Positions 52,624 to 61,549 are shown, counted from the first letter of the stretch. The stretch: 64,000 nt of DNA from Patescibacteria group bacterium (GCA_041650775.1 JBAZKO010000002.1:27930-91929); one strand, 5' to 3'. Translations and numbers: made by a program. The notes: generated by a model from the letters alone, not told the origin.

Positions 52624-55455
52624 ATGTCCAAAACCAAACCCAAATTAATAATCATCGATGGCAACGCCCTGATTCATCGCAGTTTTCACGCTCTCCCGCC
52701 GACGCTCCGCACTACCGGCGGCCAGATCGTTAACGCCGTTTATGGTTTTACTTCTTTTCTCCTGAAAGCCTTGAATGAATTCCACCCGGAATATGTCGTT
52801 CTGACTTTAGACAAGAAGGGTCCGACTTTCCGCCATGAGGCCTATGCCGACTATAAAGCGACTCGCGTCAAAGCGCCAGACGAATTATATGAGCAGATTC
52901 CGCTGGTTAAAAAAGTGGCCGAGGCGTTTAATATTCCGATTTTCGAATTAAGCGGCTATGAAGCCGATGATTTGATCGGTACGATTTGCGCGCAGACGGG
53001 TCGGGAAAAAAATCTGGAAAAAATAATCATTACCGGCGATCTTGATACCTTACAGCTCATCAACGACAAAACTAAAGTCTATACTATGAGCCGCGGTTTG
53101 TCCGATAGCGTTCTTTATGGCGCCGAGCAAGTTAAAGATCGTTACGGCTTAAGACCGGATCAAATTATAGATTATAAAGCTTTGCGCGGCGATCCGAGCG
53201 ATAATATCCCCGGTGTCAGAGGTATCGGCGAAAAAACCGCCGCCGATCTGATAAGCGAATTCAAAAATTTAGACGGCGTTTACGAGGCCGTAAAAAAAAA
53301 TAACTCAAAAATAAAACCACGGATAAACGAATTGTTAAAAACCAACAAAGAAAACGCCTACCTCAGCCAAAAGCTGGCGACCATTGATCTTAAAGTTCCG
53401 TTAAAATTTTCTTTAAGCGATGTCCGATTCTCATCGTTCCTTTTAGAAAAAGTCCTGAGCGTCTTTAGCGAATTGGAATTTAAATCTCTGCTGAATAAAG
53501 TAAAGGATTTAAGAGATAATATTAATAAAGCGCACGGGCAAAATAGCGGCGCGGGGAAAGGAACCGTTGAAAATCCAGCCGGCAATAGAGCCCCGGGCGC
53601 CAGCCGGGAAGAAAAATTATCGGCCGCTGAGGAAGAGCGCGGCTCGGGCGCGGCGAAATTCGCCCGCAACGCGAAAAAATTTAACTACCAGCTGATAGAC
53701 GACGCTAAAAGTTTCGGCCTTTTCTTTAAAAAACTAAAAACGCAAACTGCCTTCACGATAGATACAGAAACTTCCGGCCTGGATCCGATTACTGCCGAAC
53801 TTTTAGGCGTCAGTTTTTCTTGGAAAGAAGGTGAGGCTTATTTTATCCGGATAATCAAAGAACGTCTGGCCGCCTTAAAACCGATTTTGGAAAACGCTAA
53901 AGTTAAAAAATATGGCCATAATCTAAAATTTGATTGGCGCGTCTTGCGCCATCAAGGCGTGGCTTTAAACGGCCTGGCTTTTGATACGATGATCGCTTCT
54001 TATCTGTTGAATCCGGGAAATCGCCAGCATAATTTAGACTCGCTGGTTTTTACCGAATTGGGTTTTGAAAAAATCAGCAAAGCTAATCTGGCCGCGACGC
54101 AACCGGAACAGCTGACCATTGATTTTAAATCTTTGGATCCGGAGAAATTAAGCTTATACTCCTGCGAAGACGCCGATTTCACCAATCGGCTCGTCGCTAT
54201 TTTAGATAAGCGCCTCAAAGAAGAAACTTTGGAAAACCTGTTTCATAAAATAGAAATGCCGCTAATTTCGGTGCTGGGCGAAATGGAAGATAATGGGATA
54301 AAGATGGAAACCGCCCCTTTAGAAAAATTAAACAAAGAAGTCGGCGCTAAATTGGCTAAGCTAGAAAAAGCTATCCATCAGCAGGCAAAAAGCCAATTCA
54401 ATATCAACTCCACCAAGCAGTTGAAAGAAATCCTATTTGAGAAATTAGCGATTCCGACCGCTGGTTTGAAAAAAACCAAAACCGGTTTTTCCACGGCCGA
54501 AGATGAGCTGGAAAAGATGCATGACCTGCATCCGATTATTCCGCTTATCCAGGATTACCGCGAACTCAATAAACTGCAGACGACTTATATCAATTCCCTT
54601 CCGGAATTAATCAACAAAAAAACCGGCCGCATCCATACCAGTTTCAACCAAACGATTACGGCGACTGGCCGCCTGTCTTCGACCGATCCGAATCTACAAA
54701 ATATCCCGACGCGCACCGAAGAGGGGCAAAAAATCCGTCGCGCTTTCGTCGCGGCCAAAGGCTCTAAACTCCTCAGCTTCGATTATTCGCAGATTGAGCT
54801 ACGCCTGGCCGCTCATATTTCCGGCGATAAAAAAATGATCAAGGCTTTTCAAGACGGCGAAGATATCCATACCGCGACCGCCGCGGAAATAAACGGCGTC
54901 GCCCTGAATGAAGTGACGAAGAATATGCGCCGCGAAGCGAAAGCCGTAAACTTCGGCATATTATATGGCCAGGGTCCGCACGGCCTGGCGCAAGGCGCCG
55001 GTATTCCATATTATCAGGCAAACGAATTCATTAAAAAATATTTTGCCGCTTATCCGAATTTTAAAAAAATGATGGATGGCTTTATCGCCGAGGCACGGAC
55101 GAAAGGCTATGCTCAGACCCTTTTCGGCCGTCGCCGTCCCCTGCCGGAAATTAATTCCACGATTCCCATGGTCAGGAAAAGCGCCGAACGCATGGCCATC
55201 AATACGCCGATCCAGGGTACGGCGGCCGATATTATCAAATCGGCAATGGTGAGCATCGGCGGGCTGATTGCCGAACACGATGACGAAATCCGGATGTTGC
55301 TCCAGGTCCACGATGAGTTGATTTTTGAAGTAAAAGAAGATAAGATTGAAAACTACGCGCCAAAAATTGAAAAACTATTGACCGGCGTCCTGAAACTGGC
55401 CGTGCCGATTACCGTCGAACGGAATGTCGGAAATAATTGGGGGGAGTTGAAATAA
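52624..55455 (+). CDS. polA: DNA polymerase I (5' nuclease + 3'-5' exonuclease + polymerase)
   Basis: 943 aa. 5'-nuclease N-terminus LIIIDGNALIHRSFHA. Exo motifs FTIDTETSGLD, NLKFDW and YSCEDAD. Pol motif A LLSFDYSQIELRLAAH, motif B RREAKAVNFGILYG and motif C LLQVHDELIFE. Confidence 0.95.
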   Translation: MSKTKPKLIIIDGNALIHRSFHALPPTLRTTGGQIVNAVYGFTSFLLKALNEFHPEYVVLTLDKKGPTFRHEAYADYKATRVKAPDELYEQIPLVKKVAEAFNIPIFELSGYEADDLIGTICAQTGREKNLEKIIITGDLDTLQLINDKTKVYTMSRGLSDSVLYGAEQVKDRYGLRPDQIIDYKALRGDPSDNIPGVRGIGEKTAADLISEFKNLDGVYEAVKKNNSKIKPRINELLKTNKENAYLSQKLATIDLKVPLKFSLSDVRFSSFLLEKVLSVFSELEFKSLLNKVKDLRDNINKAHGQNSGAGKGTVENPAGNRAPGASREEKLSAAEEERGSGAAKFARNAKKFNYQLIDDAKSFGLFFKKLKTQTAFTIDTETSGLDPITAELLGVSFSWKEGEAYFIRIIKERLAALKPILENAKVKKYGHNLKFDWRVLRHQGVALNGLAFDTMIASYLLNPGNRQHNLDSLVFTELGFEKISKANLAATQPEQLTIDFKSLDPEKLSLYSCEDADFTNRLVAILDKRLKEETLENLFHKIEMPLISVLGEMEDNGIKMETAPLEKLNKEVGAKLAKLEKAIHQQAKSQFNINSTKQLKEILFEKLAIPTAGLKKTKTGFSTAEDELEKMHDLHPIIPLIQDYRELNKLQTTYINSLPELINKKTGRIHTSFNQTITATGRLSSTDPNLQNIPTRTEEGQKIRRAFVAAKGSKLLSFDYSQIELRLAAHISGDKKMIKAFQDGEDIHTATAAEINGVALNEVTKNMRREAKAVNFGILYGQGPHGLAQGAGIPYYQANEFIKKYFAAYPNFKKMMDGFIAEARTKGYAQTLFGRRRPLPEINSTIPMVRKSAERMAINTPIQGTAADIIKSAMVSIGGLIAEHDDEIRMLLQVHDELIFEVKEDKIENYAPKIEKLLTGVLKLAVPITVERNVGNNWGELK

Positions 55456-55469
55456 AAAATTTTCATAAA

Positions 55470-56783
55470 ATGTTGCTAAAAAATCTTAATTATCAAAAAA
55501 TTGCTCTACTCGGTTTCGGTCTGGATAACCAGGCGCTTTTAGCGTTGCTCGACGCCGCGTCTGTGAGCGCCGAAATTACGATCTGCGACGCGCGAACTAG
55601 CGATGCCTGGCCGAAACCAAAACTCAAGAACTTAAAAGTAAAATATCAGCTCGGCCTCAGCTTCAACAAAAATTTAGACAAATTCGATATCCTTTTTCGT
55701 TCGCCCGGCTGGCCGATGACCTGCCCCGGCATCCGCGCCGCGAAGAAAGGCGGGCAGACGGAAATTACCAGTCCGCTAAATCTTTTTTTCGCGCTTGCCC
55801 CGACTAAAAATATCATTGGCGTCACCGGCACGAAAGGCAAAGGCACGACCGCGACCCTGATCTATAATATCCTGCGCGCAAACGGCCAGCGGGTTTGGCT
55901 CGGCGGCAATATCGGCGTCGCGCCGCTGTCTTTTATAAATAAAATCCGGCCGACTGATTATGTTATTTTAGAATTATCTAGTTTCCAACTTGAAGACCTA
56001 AAGTATTCCCCGCGCATCGCGATCATCACTAATTTATTCAAAGAACATCTCGCTCCGGCCGACCCGAATAATCCGAATTTCCATTCCTCCCTCGCCGCCT
56101 ACTGGCAAGCGAAATTAAATATCGCCCGCGGCGCGCAGAATAAATATCTAATTGCTAACCCGGACTTAAAAAACCGAATCAAAACGGCTAAGTTAAAGAC
56201 GCAGACGATTTATTTTTCTCCCAGTTCCCTGCCGTCGAAACTGGTCGGCGATTTTAATCGGCAAAATATCGGTGCGGCCGTCGCGGTCGCAAAAATATTA
56301 AAAATCAAACCGGCCGTCTACGCGCCAGCTATCGCCGGCTTTAAAAATCTGGAACATCGTCTGGAATTCGTCGCGAAAATCAAGGGCGTCCGATATTTTG
56401 ACAACAGTTTTTCCACCACGCCGGAAAGCACGGTTTTAGATTTAAAATCTTTTTCCGAACCGCTTATCCAAATCGCCGGTGGCGCGGATAAAGGCGCGAA
56501 TTTCCGACCGCTGGCGCAAACGATTAAGAGAAAAGTAAAATTCTTAATATTATTACCCGGCGCCGGTACCAAACGAATAAAAAAAGAACTATTAGCTCTT
56601 AAATTCCCTTTAAAAAAATTAACAGAGATAAATAGTATGGAAAAAGCGCTTATTGCCGCTCGCGCTCGCGCGCAAGTCGGCGATGTCGTTCTGCTCTCGA
56701 CCGCCTGTGCCAGTTTCGGCCTATTTAAAAATTACAAAGAACGCGGTAATCTGTTTAAGAAATATGTCAAATCCGAAAAATAA
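55470..56783 (+). CDS. murD: UDP-N-acetylmuramoylalanine--D-glutamate ligase
   Basis: IALLGFGLDNQAL (Rossmann-like N-domain) and P-loop IIGVTGTKGKGTTATL. It is followed by murI. The start is taken at ATG 55470; the listed 55437 start overlaps the polA end. Confidence 0.85.
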   Translation: MLLKNLNYQKIALLGFGLDNQALLALLDAASVSAEITICDARTSDAWPKPKLKNLKVKYQLGLSFNKNLDKFDILFRSPGWPMTCPGIRAAKKGGQTEITSPLNLFFALAPTKNIIGVTGTKGKGTTATLIYNILRANGQRVWLGGNIGVAPLSFINKIRPTDYVILELSSFQLEDLKYSPRIAIITNLFKEHLAPADPNNPNFHSSLAAYWQAKLNIARGAQNKYLIANPDLKNRIKTAKLKTQTIYFSPSSLPSKLVGDFNRQNIGAAVAVAKILKIKPAVYAPAIAGFKNLEHRLEFVAKIKGVRYFDNSFSTTPESTVLDLKSFSEPLIQIAGGADKGANFRPLAQTIKRKVKFLILLPGAGTKRIKKELLALKFPLKKLTEINSMEKALIAARARAQVGDVVLLSTACASFGLFKNYKERGNLFKKYVKSEK

Positions 56784-57648
56784 CAATCAGTCCGGCGCCG
56801 ACAATCTGCCGGCCAATCAAGTCGCCAAGAATATCATCGGTGTTTTTGATTCTGGGCTCGGCGGCCTGACAATTTTCCAGCATTTCTTAAAAAAATTGCC
56901 GGATTACAATTATCTCTACTTGGGCGACAACGCCCGGCTTCCTTACGGCGAAAAATCGCCGGAAACCATTTATAATTACACCCGCGAAGCCGTGGACTGG
57001 TTGTTTAAAGCCGGCTGTAATCTGGTTATCATCGCCTGCAATACTGCTTCCGCTCAGGCGCTGAGACGCTTACAGCAAGAATATCTTCCGAATAACTACC
57101 CCGCCCGCCGGATTCTGGGAGTAATCAGGCCGCTGGCGGAAACCGTCGCCGCTAACAAAAAAATCCGGACAGTCGGCGTTATCGGTACTAAAGCAACGAT
57201 TAACTCCGATGCTTATCGGCTTGAACTGCAAAAATTGAAACCGGAACTGAATGTCGAACAACTGGCCGCGCCGCTTCTGGTTCCTTTAATCGAAGAAGGC
57301 TGGGCGGAAAAACCGGAAACAAAAATGATTTTAAAAAAATATTTGCGGCCGCTAAAAGTCAAGAAGATTGACGCTCTGATTCTGGGCTGTACTCATTATC
57401 CTTTCTTGTATAAGGCCATTAAAAAAATCATGGGGCGACGGATAATCGTTCCTCATCCGGGGGAAGTAATTGCCGCCAGTCTTAAAGACTATCTGGTTCG
57501 CCACCCGGAACTGGGAATTAAACCGGTTGGTCAGCCGACAACTAAATATTATACGACCGATAATCCAAAACTATTTAAAAAACTGGGTGAAAAATTTTTA
57601 GAACAAAAAATCGCCGATTTAGAACAAGTAAAGATTACCGAATTATAA
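56764..57648 (+). CDS. murI: glutamate racemase
   Basis: IGVFDSGLGGLT, IIACNTASA (Cys 1) and LILGCTHYP (Cys 2). The start is taken at ATG 56764, a 20-nt overlap with murD. The listed ORF has a 37-codon N-terminal extension inside murD. Confidence 0.9.
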   Translation: MSNPKNNNQSGADNLPANQVAKNIIGVFDSGLGGLTIFQHFLKKLPDYNYLYLGDNARLPYGEKSPETIYNYTREAVDWLFKAGCNLVIIACNTASAQALRRLQQEYLPNNYPARRILGVIRPLAETVAANKKIRTVGVIGTKATINSDAYRLELQKLKPELNVEQLAAPLLVPLIEEGWAEKPETKMILKKYLRPLKVKKIDALILGCTHYPFLYKAIKKIMGRRIIVPHPGEVIAASLKDYLVRHPELGIKPVGQPTTKYYTTDNPKLFKKLGEKFLEQKIADLEQVKITEL

Positions 57649-57650
57649 TT

Positions 57651-58616
57651 ATGATTATTTTTATCTACGGCGCCGACACTTTTCGCTCGCGCCGCTTCCG
57701 GCAAGAACTGAAAAATAAATTCCGGCGCGAGGTTGATCCCGAATCCGGCAGTTTAAGCGTCATCGACGGACAAACAGCGACTCTGAAAGAAATCGGCGAA
57801 AAAATAAATACCGGTTCCCTCTTCGTAAAAAAAAGGCTAGTGGTGATTGAGAATATTTTTAAAAATAAAAAAGAAAAAATTTTTGCGGAACTGGCCGACT
57901 ATTTGAAAAAATACAGCGGCGGCGAAGACAACGTCCTTATTTTTCGCGATGAGGAGCTAGATACGCGAGAAAAGCCTTTGAAGTCGGCGGCCAAAAAATT
58001 ATTTTCTTTTCTGGCCAAACAGCCCTACGCCCAAAAATTCGACCCCTTGAATGACGGCCAACTAAAATCTTTCTTAAAAAAAGAGCTGGAAAGCTACGGC
58101 AAAGAAATAGACGCGTCGGCCGCCGCTCTCTTAATTGACCTAGTAGGAAATGATCTTTGGACAATTTCCAAAGAATTAAAAAAACTAGCTGACTACGCCG
58201 AAAATAAAATAACGACGGAAGAGGTACGAAAGATGGTGGTCGGAGCGTTCAACGAAAATATTTTCGGTCTGACCGACGCCCTGAGCGCCAGGAATAAAAA
58301 ATTAGCCCTGGATCTTTTAGCCAATCAATATGCCGCCGGCTCCAGCGATGAATATCTGATTACGATGCTTATCCGTCAGTTTAAAATTCTCCGCCAAATC
58401 CGCGCCGCTATCGACAATCAACTCAATCCGGCAGAAATTTCCGCCCAGGTAAAACTTCATCCCTTCGTCGTAAAAAAAGGAATCGCCCAGGCTAAAAATT
58501 TTTCCGATGAGGCGCTAAAAAATTACCTGAATCGCCTGATTCATCTGGATTTTTTAAACAAAACCGGCCAGGGAGACATAAAAACTGAGCTAACTCTGCT
58601 TATTTCCGGCTTATAA
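57651..58616 (+). CDS. holA: DNA polymerase III, delta subunit
   Basis: 321 aa. The N-terminus IIFIYGADTFRSRRF, and the size and helical C-terminal half, are typical of HolA in small genomes. This is a by-eye call. Confidence 0.7.
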   Translation: MIIFIYGADTFRSRRFRQELKNKFRREVDPESGSLSVIDGQTATLKEIGEKINTGSLFVKKRLVVIENIFKNKKEKIFAELADYLKKYSGGEDNVLIFRDEELDTREKPLKSAAKKLFSFLAKQPYAQKFDPLNDGQLKSFLKKELESYGKEIDASAAALLIDLVGNDLWTISKELKKLADYAENKITTEEVRKMVVGAFNENIFGLTDALSARNKKLALDLLANQYAAGSSDEYLITMLIRQFKILRQIRAAIDNQLNPAEISAQVKLHPFVVKKGIAQAKNFSDEALKNYLNRLIHLDFLNKTGQGDIKTELTLLISGL

Positions 58617-58650
58617 GCCAAAAAATACCGTGCCCGCACCGGCCGGCGGC

Positions 58651-58679
58651 TTGCCTTTTCATTTTTTATTTGTTATAGT
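58651..58679 (+). promoter_or_regulatory. candidate promoter (TTGCCT-17 nt-TATAGT) for the tRNA cluster
   Basis: TTGCCT at 58651-58656 and TATAGT at 58674-58679, 50 nt upstream of tRNA-Ile. Confidence 0.45.
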
Positions 58680-58728
58680 CTTTTCAGAATTTTTATTTTC
58701 AAGCAGGGCAAATTCTTATCTAAAAATC

Positions 58729-58802
58729 GGGCAATTAGCTCAGTTGGTTAGAGCGCAACACTGATAATGTTGAGGTCGGAGGTTCGAATCCTCCATTGCC
58801 CA
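58729..58802 (+). tRNA. tRNA-Ile (GAU)
   Basis: Hand-folded. Acceptor gggcaat/attgccc. Anticodon stem caaca/tgttg with loop ctgataa. T-arm ggagg-ttcgaat-cctcc. No encoded CCA. Confidence 0.95.
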
Positions 58803-58812
58803 CTTTGATTAT

Positions 58813-58885
58813 AGCGGGGTAGAGCAGTTGGCAGCTCGCTAGGCCCATAACCTAGAGGTCGTCGGTTCGAGTCCGACCCCCGCAA
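58813..58885 (+). tRNA. tRNA-Met (CAU), initiator type
   Basis: Close to E. coli tRNA-fMet as I recall it (GCGGGGU.GAGCAG...GCUCG...GGUCGUCGGUUC.A.UCCG.CCCCCGCAA). It has an A11:U24 pair, a 1:72 mismatch (A1/A72) and anticodon loop cccataa. No encoded CCA. Confidence 0.85.
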
Positions 58886-58902
58886 CATTAACAATTAAAT
58901 AT

Positions 58903-58974
58903 GCCTCGGTAGCTCAGTGGTAGAGCAAAGGACTGAAAATCCTTGTGTCGTCAGTTCAATTCTGACCCGGGGCA
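58903..58974 (+). tRNA. tRNA-Phe (GAA)
   Basis: Hand-folded. Acceptor gcctcgg/ccggggc. Anticodon stem aagga/tcctt with loop ctgaaaa. T-arm gtcag-ttcaatt-ctgac. Confidence 0.95.
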
Positions 58975-59036
58975 CTTATAGACAAAAAATGAGCCCATGC
59001 TATATTTATTATTGGGTTTATTTTTTTAGGAAGAAG

Positions 59037-59107
59037 CGGGGCGTCGTATACCGGTAGTACGCATGCTTTGGGAGCATGTTGACTGGGTTCAATTCCCAGC
59101 GCCCCGA
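59037..59107 (+). tRNA. tRNA-Pro (UGG)
   Basis: Hand-folded. Acceptor cggggcg/cgccccg (C1:G72). Anticodon stem catgc/gcatg with loop tttggga. T-arm ctggg-ttcaatt-cccag. 4-nt variable loop. Confidence 0.85.
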
Positions 59108-59113
59108 CATTTT

Positions 59114-59524
59114 ATGAAATATTTCCGCTTTGCCAAATTGGTGCGTGATAATATCCTCGACCATATCCAGACTGACGACCAAACCCCTTACGGCGTCAGG
59201 CATTTAGACGACGCCGAATTAACTAAAGAACTGGCAAAAAAAGTCCGGGAAGAAGCTGACGAGCTGGTAGCTGCCGTTGAAACAGAGGAATTTAAAAAAG
59301 AGCTAGCCGATGTCCAAGAAATCCTTGATCATCTCAAGAAATCACTAAAAATGACCGATAAAGAAGTAAAAAAGTATCAAGAACAAAAAATTATGAAAGC
59401 CGGCGGCTTTGCCAAAAGGATCTATATCGAAAGCGTCGGTTTAAAAGACGATGATAAATGGCTTAGCCATTATCAGGCACATCCTGACAAATATCCGGAA
59501 ATATCCGAATCGGAAACAAAATAA
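59114..59524 (+). CDS. all-alpha NTP pyrophosphohydrolase (MazG/HisE-like) family protein, predicted
   Basis: 136 aa starting from ATG 59114. MKYFRFAKLVRDNILDHI... and the EE..E / acidic helices (KVREEADELVAAVE, ELADVQEIL) resemble the KLVRDKIPEII-type MazG-like family. The listed ORF start (59063) lies inside tRNA-Pro. Confidence 0.5.
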   Translation: MKYFRFAKLVRDNILDHIQTDDQTPYGVRHLDDAELTKELAKKVREEADELVAAVETEEFKKELADVQEILDHLKKSLKMTDKEVKKYQEQKIMKAGGFAKRIYIESVGLKDDDKWLSHYQAHPDKYPEISESETK

Positions 59525-59539
59525 TCATCCGACATAAAA

Positions 59540-59570
59540 ATCAGAAGCCTTATCGGCCTCTGATTTTTTT
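59540..59570. terminator. bidirectional rho-independent terminator between convergent genes
   Basis: atcagaagcc (59540-59549) pairs with ggcctctgat (59555-59564), 10 bp with one mismatch. The flanks are aaaaa upstream and ttttttt downstream. Confidence 0.7.
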
Positions 59571-59591
59571 ATACATCCAGTTTAATTAATT

Positions 59592-60710
59592 TTATTTCTT
59601 CTCCTCTCCGCCCGCTATCGTCTTCTTCCGACTTAATAGTCCAATAACCTTCTGCCCCAAAAAGCCGACGCCGATAAACAACGCGAGATATAAAATCGTC
59701 GCCAGCCAGGCCGGAAGCCAGGAATAAAATATATCGTAGCGGTACATAAGCGGCCAATGCCAGAGATATATTTCATACGAATAAATGCCGAACAAAGTGA
59801 ACAGCCGGAATTCAATCCGCTTAAACGCGAAAGCTAAACAAATCGCCAATACCGCGAGAATACTCATCAATTCTTCCATCTGCGGACTCTGACCGACGCC
59901 AGAATGGACATTCGCGTAAATAAAAACCGCGAGTAATCCGGCGATTACGAGCCAGCGCGCCGCCTGTCTCCAGCCCAACGACCATTTTTCCGCTATGACC
60001 GCGGCGGAGGGTAGCTTCATCACGAACCAGGCGGCCAAAACTCCCAAAGGGAAAGCGATGATATGGATACGATACAAATGTATGACATTATCAAGCACGG
60101 CCGGCGACCAGCAATAAACCAGTCCGTAGCCGAGAGCGTAAAGGATAATCGCCGATAGCCACGACCGTTTCCGGCAAAAAACCCAAGGGAACAAGAGATA
60201 ATAGCCGATAATAAAAGTGAAATACCAGAAAGGCGAATTGAAATCTTGATATAAATCGGCGTGAGTAAAAATTCCCACGACCGCTTTCACCAAAAAGTCC
60301 CAGGAATAATTCATCTTTAAAACAAAAACATCCAACGCCAAAATTATAATCAGCACCAGCCAAAACGGCCGGAATAATTTTCCAAAACGCTTTTTATAAA
60401 ATTGCCACGGGCTCATTTCCGCGCGTTGTGAACCGACTGCCAGGCCGTAACCCGATAAAAATAGAAACAGGTTGACGCCTACGCCGGCGGCGACCGATAA
60501 GGGCCACAAGAAACGGTGGTCGTTGACCAAAAAATAACCAATATGCGACAAGACAATCATCACGATTGCCAGCCCCTTCAACTCGGTCGTCAAAGAAATT
60601 GGAAACCACTCGGTAATTTTTCGGCGACGCGCCGAAAATAACAAAACCGCGAAAAAAATTACACCAAAAATCCAGGTTTGCGCAATGGGGTTATTTATTG
60701 ATATCAGCAT
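59592..60710 (-). CDS. acyltransferase family 3 (OafA/YrhL-type) integral membrane O-acyltransferase
   Basis: 372 aa and about 10 TM helices. LKGLAIVMIVLSHIGYF (conserved His) is typical of AT3. Confidence 0.8.
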   Translation of the reverse strand: MLISINNPIAQTWIFGVIFFAVLLFSARRRKITEWFPISLTTELKGLAIVMIVLSHIGYFLVNDHRFLWPLSVAAGVGVNLFLFLSGYGLAVGSQRAEMSPWQFYKKRFGKLFRPFWLVLIIILALDVFVLKMNYSWDFLVKAVVGIFTHADLYQDFNSPFWYFTFIIGYYLLFPWVFCRKRSWLSAIILYALGYGLVYCWSPAVLDNVIHLYRIHIIAFPLGVLAAWFVMKLPSAAVIAEKWSLGWRQAARWLVIAGLLAVFIYANVHSGVGQSPQMEELMSILAVLAICLAFAFKRIEFRLFTLFGIYSYEIYLWHWPLMYRYDIFYSWLPAWLATILYLALFIGVGFLGQKVIGLLSRKKTIAGGEEKK

Positions 60711-61455
60711 AAATTATGTCCGCCCAGATTTTATAACCGCTGGCGGAAGGATGAAATAAATCAATCGAATAATGATCACCCGACTGACGTAACAAACTGA
60801 AAGTCGACGTATAGAGATCAACGTAACCAGCCGAATACTTTGCGGCGAGTTCTTTAATAATTTCATTATATTTGTTAATTTTCTGTTTGAAATAAAAACG
60901 GTAAGGCTGGCCGATCAATTCATCGGCGCCGATAAAAGGGATGTTAATCACATAAACTTTCGCCTTTGTTTCTGCGGTCAATCGACTTAAGATCGTTTCA
61001 TAATTATTCCGGAAATCAGCCGGGGAAACAAAATCGTGGATATCATTGATACCTATTAAGACAGTTACAATCTCCGGGTTGTCCTTAATCGCCAGCGGCA
61101 AAAAACTGACGACTAGGTCTTCGGTTTTCGCCCCCGGGACAGAATAATTCTTTAAAATTATTTTCTTGTCAGGCCCCCCGAAATTCTGCGCCAATAAATA
61201 AGGAAGGTATTCTTCGGGTTTATCCGCTCCCGCGCCAGCCGTTAAACTGTCGCCCAAAGCGGCGTAAACCAAGCTGTTTTCGGTTATCATATTATTGATG
61301 ACATAAGCCTCTCCTCCGGCTACCGGTTTTAAATCGGCCGCGCCGATTACCTGATAGATATGAGAATAAACGCGATTTAAATAGACGGTTGCGATAATCG
61401 CCAGAATCACGATAATGATTAACCACCGCTTTTTTCGGGGAAGATTAATTCTCAT
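60691..61455 (-). CDS. SGNH/GDSL hydrolase-type esterase (exported, TM-anchored)
   Basis: 254 aa. Block I ALGDSLTAGAG, block III LIGINDI and block V DLFHPS (D..H). Confidence 0.8.
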   Translation of the reverse strand: MRINLPRKKRWLIIIVILAIIATVYLNRVYSHIYQVIGAADLKPVAGGEAYVINNMITENSLVYAALGDSLTAGAGADKPEEYLPYLLAQNFGGPDKKIILKNYSVPGAKTEDLVVSFLPLAIKDNPEIVTVLIGINDIHDFVSPADFRNNYETILSRLTAETKAKVYVINIPFIGADELIGQPYRFYFKQKINKYNEIIKELAAKYSAGYVDLYTSTFSLLRQSGDHYSIDLFHPSASGYKIWADIIYADINK

Positions 61456-61520
61456 AATATATGATAGTAATATACTATAGTATATAACAAAATCAAAAAT
61501 TACGCATATAAAAGGCGCTC

Positions 61521-61549
61521 TTGATTTTTCTTTGCTCTTATGTTATCAT
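61521..61549 (+). promoter_or_regulatory. candidate promoter (TTGATT-17 nt-TATCAT) for rpsT
   Basis: TTGATT at 61521-61526 and TATCAT at 61544-61549, 41 nt upstream of the rpsT ATG. Confidence 0.5.

Noticed and set aside
59018-59113. The listed start of ORF 59063..59524 and the minus-strand ORF 59018..59203, both overlapping a cloverleaf.
   Set aside because: Region 59037-59107 folds as a complete tRNA-Pro(UGG). The protein's conserved N-terminus begins at ATG 59114.
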